Positions 40,360 through 47,772 of a stretch of 47,772 bases of DNA are shown one piece after another. Position numbers and translations under genes: made by a program. Source of the DNA: a virus (taxonomy: Duplodnaviria; Caudoviricetes); IMG/VR virus record IMGVR_UViG_3300018050_000664, positions 1 to 47,772 of that record. One strand, written 5' to 3'. Under the pieces are notes generated by a model. That model searched no databases, had not been told where the DNA came from, and was given only the letters and a program-made list of their open reading frames with translations. The stretch's first letter is position 1. Each line of letters begins with the position of its first letter.

Positions 40360-42590
40360 TAGAGCATTGGCTGGTTAAGGTCCATCTGCTGTTCGCCTTC
40401 TTCTGGGCTAGGTGCCTCTTGGGCCTGCTCCTGCTCCATTTCGCCGAATTCCTTTTGGATTTCCTCAGACGCTGGAGATACCCCGACCCTTCCGATTTGC
40501 TTGTTCTTCTCTTGGTCAACAGAGAACTGCAACTGCTTCATGTAGTTCTGGAAGAGAATCTGGAAGATTTGGTCGCCCTGAAGTGCCTGCTGGGCCTTCG
40601 GGTTCTTCTGGAGGATGTCCTGAGCGAACTGGAGTTTCGAGGAGGCGGCTGGGTCGTTCTCCACGTAGGTAGCCTCGTTGCCAAGCATCATCATTCCGAT
40701 GTCGCTTACGACGTCCTTGTACAACTTCTGGGAAGCGGAGGCTTGGTCGATGACCAGTTCTCTGGCGGCGTCTGGCGAGATGGATTCGATGACCAGTTTG
40801 ACCAGTTTGTTCCTGTCGATGATGCCACTGCTGTCCAGAGGGACGACAGTCTTGATGATGGCTTCAAGTTTCTTCTGAACGAACTCTGGGTCAGTATCCC
40901 TTACGTCGAAGCGTACGTTGAAGTCGTACTGGGAATGGATGTCCGACATGCCCTGCTTAAGTGGGGTGTTCGTAATCCTTACGATTTGCTCCTCTGGCAT
41001 GTACTGAAGGCACAGAGAGAACATCTGGGAGAACACACGGGTCCAGAACTGGAGCCAGTTATCCACCTGAAGTTGCTTTAGCATCTGAATCTTGGTCGGG
41101 TCGATTGCCTCACCGACGGCGTATCCATAGTAATTGCCAAGATTCTGCTCAACCTGAGCAATGCACTGGAAGGCCATGCCTGCGTCTCCCTTCGGGGACT
41201 CAAGCCAAGTGTAATCGTCCTTATTGGACACTGGGAGGACCTGTGCTGGAGCGATGCGGTTAAGGGCACCAATACGCTTAACGACCTTCACTGGTGGAAG
41301 GACGTCAAAAGCAGTCCTATCCCTGATGGCGTCGTGCTGTGCCTTTACCTCATCCTGCTCCGTCTTGTTGATTTCTGGGATGCCACGGGATTCCGCCACC
41401 GCCCTGCGGTGCCTTTCACGCCTGTACTCAATGAAGGGGTATTCTCCGTGTGCGTAGTTAAGGAGTTCCTGCTTTGCGTAAAGGCCTTCGCCGACCCTAG
41501 GGGAAAACACAGTGTAGTAAATGGCTGGTACGTTATCTTCGTCCAACTGCCTGTAGTAGGCCCAAACAATCTCGCACAGGTTATTGCCCCTTTCGATGTT
41601 CGAGTTGAGCATGGTGGTAGTCGGAATCAGGTTAGGGTCATTGAAGTAGTAGTGGTTGCCTAGCGTGTTGGCCACCTTGTCAACCCATTCCTGATTCCAT
41701 CCGTCAACCTGTGCGGTGGACCTGAGTTCCACCTCGGTCATGTATTGCCTGCGGAAAATGACACGGGCTTTTTGTAGGTCAGCCGTCTCGGGAGGGAAGC
41801 ACACTTCGTCGAATGGCTTGAGTGCCTCGACGCACGGGAGGTTCTTGGAAACGTACTGCTCTGGCATGTCGCCCTGACCCTTTTCCCTCATGCCACGCAC
41901 GAACTTCTTGATGTCCTTTACCTTCATGTCCCTGAGCAAGTCTCGGACGAGGTGAATGGCATACTCCTCCTTGGCTGGGTCCATGATGGCATTAATCAGT
42001 TTACCAAACTGTCCGTCTGGGTTGCCCTCTTGAACTTCCTGTTGTGCCATCTGTTGGAGTTCTTGCATGGTCATGCTCTGAATCCTTACAGACATCTGTT
42101 GCTCCCAAGTGACCTGAACGACTGACCATCCATAAGTGAGAGCATAGTCTGCGGCCAGTTCTGCCTCCCTGTGCAGTTCGTTCTTAATCTTAGTTTCAAC
42201 AAGCCACCTCATAAGGTTGGTGGCCGACGCCGCCGCCATGGTGTCGTTGATTTCGGTTCCGCCCACCTTCAGCGTGCAACCTTTAAACGAAGTGAGGAGA
42301 AGTGCCTTCTGGTCATTGATTAGCCTATCAACAAGCCTGACACGAACATCGGAAGCACCCTCGAACGGGAAGGCTGGGTCGCCCTCTGGGCGTGCCCAAG
42401 AATGCTTCTTGCCGTCTTCGGTCTGGCCAGCCCAACGGGCGAGCCTGATGTCGTCGGCGTAGTTCATCTTGGACACCATCGTGCCCATGTAGGCGGAGCG
42501 TTCATACTCCTCCAGAAGAAGTTGGATGTCTGGCTTGTCCTTATGGAAGGCCAGTTTATCGCTATGCGGGTTAGGGCTTTTGAATTTCAT
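40359..42590 (-). CDS. Portal protein (podovirus type)
   Basis: 743 aa, PFEGASD.RVRL.D, HGEYPF...RRE......SRGIPE motifs; between TerL and the scaffold. Confidence 0.8.
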   Translation of the reverse strand: MKFKSPNPHSDKLAFHKDKPDIQLLLEEYERSAYMGTMVSKMNYADDIRLARWAGQTEDGKKHSWARPEGDPAFPFEGASDVRVRLVDRLINDQKALLLTSFKGCTLKVGGTEINDTMAAASATNLMRWLVETKIKNELHREAELAADYALTYGWSVVQVTWEQQMSVRIQSMTMQELQQMAQQEVQEGNPDGQFGKLINAIMDPAKEEYAIHLVRDLLRDMKVKDIKKFVRGMREKGQGDMPEQYVSKNLPCVEALKPFDEVCFPPETADLQKARVIFRRQYMTEVELRSTAQVDGWNQEWVDKVANTLGNHYYFNDPNLIPTTTMLNSNIERGNNLCEIVWAYYRQLDEDNVPAIYYTVFSPRVGEGLYAKQELLNYAHGEYPFIEYRRERHRRAVAESRGIPEINKTEQDEVKAQHDAIRDRTAFDVLPPVKVVKRIGALNRIAPAQVLPVSNKDDYTWLESPKGDAGMAFQCIAQVEQNLGNYYGYAVGEAIDPTKIQMLKQLQVDNWLQFWTRVFSQMFSLCLQYMPEEQIVRITNTPLKQGMSDIHSQYDFNVRFDVRDTDPEFVQKKLEAIIKTVVPLDSSGIIDRNKLVKLVIESISPDAARELVIDQASASQKLYKDVVSDIGMMMLGNEATYVENDPAASSKLQFAQDILQKNPKAQQALQGDQIFQILFQNYMKQLQFSVDQEKNKQIGRVGVSPASEEIQKEFGEMEQEQAQEAPSPEEGEQQMDLNQPML

Positions 42591-42774
42591 TAGAGTTTTG
42601 TTTGATGAATTCTAGGATACTGTCCCTGTAAATCATGTGCTGACCGCCAAGCGTCTTGAACGTCTTAATGCGTCCAGAGCGACGAAGCCTCAGGATAGTG
42701 GACTTAGAAATGTTCAGGAGTCTGGAAGCGTCAGCGAGCCTGAGAAGAGGTGGGGTGTCTTTGGGTAGTTCCAT
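42571..42774 (-). CDS. Excisionase-like / MerR-type HTH DNA-binding protein
   Basis: LLRLADASRLLNISKSTILRLRRSGRI.TFKT.GG.H.I.RDSI; start ATG 42774 directly after the TerL stop. Confidence 0.75.
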   Translation of the reverse strand: MELPKDTPPLLRLADASRLLNISKSTILRLRRSGRIKTFKTLGGQHMIYRDSILEFIKQNSNEIQKP

Positions 42775-42775
42775 T

Positions 42776-44404
42776 TTAGTAAGAGCCTCCTCCGAAAGCA
42801 CGATAAGAGTCGGAGCCGCCATACTGGGGGTCCATTACTGCTAGGTACCTTAGTGCGTCGATTGGGTCTTTGCTCGCACCCTTTTCGGCGTCTAGGCCAG
42901 TCCACTCACGCAGGCACCAGATTAAATTGTGGCAGTTCTCGGAGATGTAAAGTTTCGGCTGGTTAATGGCACTGATTGGCTGGTTGGGGTCGTAGGCGAA
43001 CCAGTCATTGATGATTGAGATGCCTTCTTCCAGCCTCAGTCCCGCCGCTGGAGTGAAGAACATCGGGTTTTCTCCGTCATCGAGGAGTTGAATCAATGTA
43101 GTGCCACCTTCCTTCTGGATGATGGTGGTTCCACCCGCACGTGGGTCGATAAACCTGTCGGCAATCTCTTCGCCGTTCTCAAAGTTCAAGATGTGGGCTT
43201 TGATTTCCTCAAGACCCATTCCAGCACCTTGTCGCTGTGCTGGCCCAGCCTTTCCGTCGTGCTTATCACCAGCCATAGCCCATTCACCCATGCTGATGTC
43301 TGGCCACTCACGATAGACGAACTTGTTGCCGAATTCGTCCACACGCATCCAAATCATGAACCAGTTTCTGGCACCAGCGGGGTCAACTGCCATGAAGTTT
43401 GTGCCCTCCTCTGGAATTTGGTCGTCGGGGATGATGTTTGGCTCTCCGAACCTCGGGAACTGAGAACCAGAAAGGGACTCAGCCCATCCGTATGCACGAA
43501 TTTTGACCTCATACGGGCCACGACCACGAAGTGCTAACTTAATCTGCTCGAACGGGGAATACCTGTTAAGTTCGGAATGGAACCAGATGACTCCAGCCGC
43601 CCCTTTTGAGCATTTCGCCGTGTATGGCATGTGTCCAAGCGGGATGCTCGGAACGTTTTGCGTGTCTGGTAGCAGTGTTGCGGGCAAAGTCTTCTTAATT
43701 CTGCACCCAGCAACGTAATCCTTCACAACTGGAGTGAATCCAGTGATTGGAGTGAAGGTGATAATCATCTTTCCGCTTCGTGTAGCCAGTCGGTACCTCA
43801 GTGTTTCCACCCAATCTGGAGGAACTAGTTCGTCGCACCAAATAAGGTCTGGCTCGCCACCTTCGATGACTTTCTTCTCCTGACCATAGTTCATGAAGAA
43901 GATTTGCGACCTGTTCGGGAGAACGAAAGTAGCGTCAGTAAACCCGTTCTTCTGGGAATACTGGATGTTGGTCACCTTGGTCTTCTTGGCGTTTTTGAAC
44001 TCAGGTGGCATGTATTTCCAGATGACCGCCTGTTGCATCTGAATGGACGTCTGGGACGTGGTGTGGAGGCACCATACCCTGCTTTCTGGCCTAGTGCACA
44101 GAAGTTGCATCACACGCTTGGCGGCGTACTCAGTTTTGCCTGCACGATTCCCGCCCATGATGAGCAACTCGGTGCCAGACATGAGAATCTCGTCTGCGTC
44201 GGCCCAGCAGTCTGGCTCGTATCCATGCCTGTATGGGTCAACTTCTTCTGCCTTAATCTTCTCCTCACGACGCTTCAAGATTTCCGCAGTCGCTTCTGGA
44301 CCAAGTTCACGTGCAATACGCAAAACCTCTTCCTCCGTGGGGAGGTGGATTACTGGGTGCTTGGTGAGTTCGACTCCAGCGACAGTGACTCTCTCGAATG
44401 CCAT
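42776..44404 (-). CDS. terL: Terminase large subunit
   Basis: Walker A GGNRAGKT, Walker B LIWCDE, TFTP coupling motif, nuclease AVDP...KDPIDALRY. Confidence 0.95.
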   Translation of the reverse strand: MAFERVTVAGVELTKHPVIHLPTEEEVLRIARELGPEATAEILKRREEKIKAEEVDPYRHGYEPDCWADADEILMSGTELLIMGGNRAGKTEYAAKRVMQLLCTRPESRVWCLHTTSQTSIQMQQAVIWKYMPPEFKNAKKTKVTNIQYSQKNGFTDATFVLPNRSQIFFMNYGQEKKVIEGGEPDLIWCDELVPPDWVETLRYRLATRSGKMIITFTPITGFTPVVKDYVAGCRIKKTLPATLLPDTQNVPSIPLGHMPYTAKCSKGAAGVIWFHSELNRYSPFEQIKLALRGRGPYEVKIRAYGWAESLSGSQFPRFGEPNIIPDDQIPEEGTNFMAVDPAGARNWFMIWMRVDEFGNKFVYREWPDISMGEWAMAGDKHDGKAGPAQRQGAGMGLEEIKAHILNFENGEEIADRFIDPRAGGTTIIQKEGGTTLIQLLDDGENPMFFTPAAGLRLEEGISIINDWFAYDPNQPISAINQPKLYISENCHNLIWCLREWTGLDAEKGASKDPIDALRYLAVMDPQYGGSDSYRAFGGGSY

Positions 44405-44405
44405 G

Positions 44406-45008
44406 CTATGCGTCCATGTTAGGAACTATTCCAGTTCCGATAGACTCTTGAAGAGAGGACTGAGGCAGTCCGCCTTGAGAAGAAATCGTTATTGGCCTGA
44501 ATGGACCACATACCTGAGGAAGGTGAGTGTTCATTGGGAATGTGGAAGTGAACTTTGCGGAGCAGGCATCCTGCATCACTTTACTCTTAAACCTCATTAC
44601 TGCGTAATCTACGCCAGACGAGTTAGAGATTCCAAACTGCATACCACGACCATTCCAGCCCCTGCGACCACCGCCACTTTCCCCGCCACCGCCATACTGC
44701 GTCTGCTTGGGCCTGTTGTCTGGATTGCGTTTAGCATCGTCTTTACGCTTCCTCCAGTATTCATCCAAGTCCTCCTTTTGCCTGTCGCTCTCGCTTAGAG
44801 AGCGACGACGATTTTTTTCGCCTTCCTCGGCCATCTCGGACCAATGCTTTCCGCCGAAATAGCCTACCCTAGTCTCAAATTTCTGTTCGGAACGGGTGTC
44901 CGAAAACTTGCCCTGAAGATTTAATTTAGCAACGAGCCCACTCTCGGCCCGTGATGGGTCGAGAGCAGGGTTGCCCGAGGTCGGGACTATGACCTCGTTT
45001 TCGGCCAA
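44406..45008 (-). CDS. Hypothetical protein
   Basis: TTG start; fills the gap between the neighbouring genes almost exactly. Confidence 0.55.
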   Translation of the reverse strand: MAENEVIVPTSGNPALDPSRAESGLVAKLNLQGKFSDTRSEQKFETRVGYFGGKHWSEMAEEGEKNRRRSLSESDRQKEDLDEYWRKRKDDAKRNPDNRPKQTQYGGGGESGGGRRGWNGRGMQFGISNSSGVDYAVMRFKSKVMQDACSAKFTSTFPMNTHLPQVCGPFRPITISSQGGLPQSSLQESIGTGIVPNMDA

Positions 45009-45011
45009 GGC

Positions 45012-45563
45012 TTAGTAGCCTCCGCCAGTCGAATAACCTTCGCCCTTGGCCTTGTTCTTGCTTTCGGTCCAACCAGAGAAAGCACCACGCCCAGTAGCGT
45101 AAGCACCGCCCATCAGGGCGGCACCACCATAGGTCACGCCACGGCCAATGTTGGCACGGGTGTTGGCGGACATCTTGCCGAAGAGTGGGGACTTGCCCTT
45201 ACTGTTGGCACCGCTGACGTAATCGCCAATCATGGTCTGGCCCTTACGCTCCTGCTTGCGGACGTATTTAGCACCAGACTTGATTGCCTTGGCTTCTGGC
45301 CTGAAGTCGCCAGTGCCATAACGCTTGGCGACCTGACCGACTTTCTTCGAGGCGGCCTGATAGCCAGCCTTCGTGGCCTGATAGCCAGCGACGGCAGCGT
45401 TCTTGGTAGCCTTGGCGGCTTGGGCCACGCCCTTGGCGGCACCACGATAATTGCCAGCGACAGTCTTGCCGAAGTTATCGACGGCACGGCCAGCGGTCTG
45501 CATAGGGCCGATTGGTTTCTTCCTCATGGGGGTCCTGCGACCACCCCTAGTATTTTTAGCCAT
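45012..45563 (-). CDS. Highly basic Ala/Lys/Gly-rich protein
   Basis: MAKNTRGGRR leader, AGYQATK/AGYQAAS repeat, biased codons. Confidence 0.7.
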   Translation of the reverse strand: MAKNTRGGRRTPMRKKPIGPMQTAGRAVDNFGKTVAGNYRGAAKGVAQAAKATKNAAVAGYQATKAGYQAASKKVGQVAKRYGTGDFRPEAKAIKSGAKYVRKQERKGQTMIGDYVSGANSKGKSPLFGKMSANTRANIGRGVTYGGAALMGGAYATGRGAFSGWTESKNKAKGEGYSTGGGY

Positions 45564-45590
45564 TTGTGTATTTAGTTTGGGGTTAAAAAA

Positions 45591-46022
45591 TTAGTAGCCG
45601 TTGGCCCTGTTCTTGTTCTTGTGGATGGACCACATGGACTGGCCAGATTTGCCAGACTCAATGCCTTGGATGTAGGCTTCGGTCTGCATTCGCTTCGGCG
45701 TACCATGCTGGGCGTCATAGCGAGACGCACCTGCACGGAGTTTCTTGGGACTGACCATCTGGCCCTTGAGGGCGTCAGTGACGGCCTTAGGACCTTGGCT
45801 CTTCATAGCCTTCTTCGAGACGTGAGCACCGCCCTGTCGGTAGCCACCGACGTATTCAAAACTTTTCTCGGCGTTGCGGGTCTTCATCCGCTGGCCAGCG
45901 ATAACAGTCGTGTCGGCCTTTTTATTTTCAGCGGCGGAGGACTTTCGCATCTGCGAAGGAGCCCTCATGTTTGCGGTTCGTTGTTTCCTAGCAAGCGAAC
46001 CTTTGCGAATCATCATAGCCAT
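45591..46022 (-). CDS. Highly basic hypothetical protein
   Basis: Lys/Arg-rich 143-aa ORF in the late operon. Confidence 0.65.
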   Translation of the reverse strand: MAMMIRKGSLARKQRTANMRAPSQMRKSSAAENKKADTTVIAGQRMKTRNAEKSFEYVGGYRQGGAHVSKKAMKSQGPKAVTDALKGQMVSPKKLRAGASRYDAQHGTPKRMQTEAYIQGIESGKSGQSMWSIHKNKNRANGY

Positions 46023-46043
46023 GGCTTTTTATCTTGGCGGCGG

Positions 46044-46112
46044 TTAGCAACGCTTACCTCCACGGACAGGCTTGTTCATCTTAGATTTATTCTTTCGGGT
46101 GCTCTTGCTCAT
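46044..46112 (-). CDS. Tiny basic peptide (22 aa; absent from the ORF track)
   Basis: MSKSTRKNKSKMNKPVRGGKRC*, preceded by a C/A-rich leader and bridging the gap between two genes. Confidence 0.4.
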   Translation of the reverse strand: MSKSTRKNKSKMNKPVRGGKRC

Positions 46113-46551
46113 TGGGATTGGTTCGATTGAGGGTGGTAAAGAGTTTCTCCTTACTGAGGGGACGTTGCAAGCAGATAAGTGAATTTCCCCTACGAGTGAT
46201 GACGACCTGTGCTCCTCGGTAGAAAAGGCTAGAGTCGGCAGTCTGAACTGTAACTGGCTTGTCGGACCCCTCTGGCATGACGGACATTAGACGTCTATTG
46301 GGAAAGTCGCATCGGACCACCTTGGCCGAAAATGTAGATGGGTCAGTTTCGGCTGGTTTCGCCCCATTGACGCCAAAGCGTTCCAAAACAGCCTTAAGGC
46401 CCTCTTCTGTGAAAGCGACAGGACACAGGGTTGCTGGCTTATCCCCTGAACGCTCCCGATGCCACATCTTACCCTCTTCGAGGGTTCGCCTGTATTCTTG
46501 GAGTTCTGCCTTGGGGATGCCATACTTGGCGATTACGAATTGTTCACGCAT
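46087..46551 (-). CDS. Hypothetical protein
   Basis: Start MREQFV overlaps the RusA stop (ATGCGTGA). Confidence 0.65.
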   Translation of the reverse strand: MREQFVIAKYGIPKAELQEYRRTLEEGKMWHRERSGDKPATLCPVAFTEEGLKAVLERFGVNGAKPAETDPSTFSAKVVRCDFPNRRLMSVMPEGSDKPVTVQTADSSLFYRGAQVVITRRGNSLICLQRPLSKEKLFTTLNRTNPNEQEHPKE

Positions 46552-47029
46552 TGGAAAGGTTTTGTCTGAGTTGGTCACAATAGGCGTTATCGACCCAGTT
46601 GCATGGCTTGACCCAGAATCCGACAAATGGCTTATCCGTCCTGAACTTGAGGACCTTGCCAAAAACCACCTGAGAGTCGTCATGCCAGTATCCGCACTTG
46701 GTCAGGGCGTCGCAGACGGACTTGCTCAAATTGTCGAAATCGGGCTTGGTCGTCATGGCGGTACTCTTGCCCTTGTCGGACTGAATAAGTGGAAAACCGA
46801 AATAGAGCGTAAGTTCCAGCGGACCCGTGTATGGCTTGTCTGGAGCCTTGGCCTTGGCCAAATGCTCAAAACGCTCAATCCACTGCTTGACGTCGCTCTT
46901 GGCATACTTGCCGACAAACGGCTTCCCGCCCTTGCGGTGGATGATTCGGAGGGCAGACTGGTGCGTGCTCTTGATGGGGGTGATTTCGAGCATGCACTTA
47001 CGCTCAAAGTAGTTAGGCTGGTTCTCCAT
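46544..47029 (-). CDS. rusA: RusA Holliday junction resolvase
   Basis: KPDFDNLSKSVCDAL....YWHDDSQV signature; start MENQPN at 47029. Confidence 0.9.
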   Translation of the reverse strand: MENQPNYFERKCMLEITPIKSTHQSALRIIHRKGGKPFVGKYAKSDVKQWIERFEHLAKAKAPDKPYTGPLELTLYFGFPLIQSDKGKSTAMTTKPDFDNLSKSVCDALTKCGYWHDDSQVVFGKVLKFRTDKPFVGFWVKPCNWVDNAYCDQLRQNLSNA

Positions 47030-47068
47030 TGACCCGATACTCACTTGGGACCAATTTGGGTCAATGGA
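47025..47068. promoter_or_regulatory. Symmetric bidirectional promoter, probably leaderless in both directions
   Basis: Inverted repeat TCCATTGACCC...GGGTCAATGGA; + strand TTGACC-17-CAATTT-6-ATG, - strand TTGACC-16-GAGTAT-7-ATG. Confidence 0.6.
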
Positions 47069-47621
47069 AAACGAACGCCTAGACACCAACCCCTCGTCTG
47101 AACACAACGCAAGCCGAATTGACCCTGCCAGACGTGAAGCGGTACAGGAAGCCCTAAGGGCAGGGACCCCAATCCTCGAAATCGCCAAGGAACACAAGAT
47201 GTCCCCGAACAACGTCATGGCCATCAAGCGGGAGATGCCCGAATCCACTGGGCTTAGGGATGAATTCAAATCGGTCACTGTCCGCAACCTGAAGAACTTC
47301 GTCCAACAGGCCTCCCACAAACTGGTAGCCGAACTGGACAACCTGCACGTCTCCCAGATACCCATCGCCATGGGCATCGCCATCGACAAGATTCAGTCCC
47401 TACAAGACCAACCGACGGCTGTCGTAGAACACCGATTTAGCATCACCCACGACACCATCAATAAACTGTTGAAGGAAAAGGGGGAGGGGCTCAAGAAGGC
47501 CAAAGAAGTAATCCTTGACGCCGAGGTAGTCGTGGATAAACCTAAGGCTACGTCAGCGTTCCTTGAGTGGTCTAAGGACCCGAAGAAGGGTCTTTTTTCG
47601 GATAAAGGGGATGTCTCCTAA
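47064..47621 (+). CDS. HTH protein, candidate terminase small subunit
   Basis: N-terminal HTH (GTPILEIAKEHKMSPNNV), helical core, IPIAMGIAIDK...DQPT..VEH motif resembling TerS-like proteins. Confidence 0.5.
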   Translation: MENERLDTNPSSEHNASRIDPARREAVQEALRAGTPILEIAKEHKMSPNNVMAIKREMPESTGLRDEFKSVTVRNLKNFVQQASHKLVAELDNLHVSQIPIAMGIAIDKIQSLQDQPTAVVEHRFSITHDTINKLLKEKGEGLKKAKEVILDAEVVVDKPKATSAFLEWSKDPKKGLFSDKGDVS

Positions 47622-47672
47622 CCCGTCTGGAGATACGAAAAATTCTCAATTATCGACCCCCCCCCGCCCCCT

Positions 47673-47772
47673 AAAACCTAATAGGAGGGGATACAGACGT
47701 CTTCGCAAAATAGTCATTATGTCTAATCGAGGTCAGTTAGGGTAGGTATCATGACCTAAATGCGTATCAAAC
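47673..47772. repeat. 100-bp terminal direct repeat (right copy)
   Basis: Identical to 1-100. Confidence 0.95.

Noticed and set aside
47030-47389. 120-aa N-terminal extension of RusA in the ORF track
   Set aside because: It is antisense to the TerS-like gene; the RusA domain and promoter geometry support a start at 47029
1-47772. Stop-codon reassignment
   Set aside because: The standard code gives dense, tightly coupled ORFs, TAA/TGA/TAG all end genes, and no suppressor tRNA is present

Overview
This window is almost certainly one complete, circularly assembled dsDNA tailed-phage genome of about 47.67 kb: bases 1-100 are repeated exactly at 47673-47772. The layout is podovirus-like, with no integrase, DNA/RNA polymerase, tape measure or sheath that I can recognise. 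The + strand early/replication arm (1.2-9.3 kb) has small cassette genes with CA-rich, Shine-Dalgarno-less leaders, DUF932, a RecE-like exonuclease, an initiator with internal iterons, a DnaC-like ATPase, ERF and three tRNAs (Pro-GGG, Pro-UGG, Arg-CCU). The - strand late arm (47.0 to 9.4 kb) runs RusA, basic proteins, TerL, portal, scaffold, DUF5309/SU10-type major capsid, adaptor/nozzle/fibre genes, putative ejection proteins, a 5831-aa polyvalent virion protein, a holin and a spanin-like lipoprotein. The most striking signal is in the giant protein: six copies of an N-M-M-[VI]-G motif sit at module boundaries, and the modules include intact and degenerate paralog pairs plus a terminal HTH, suggesting a processed or modular ejected polyprotein. 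Other notable signals are apparent genome-wide GATC/AGCT/GCGC/CGCG/CCGG avoidance matched by the phage tRNA set, a symmetric bidirectional leaderless promoter, and a structured early RNA leader. All family assignments come from motif recognition by eye; no database searches or counts were run.
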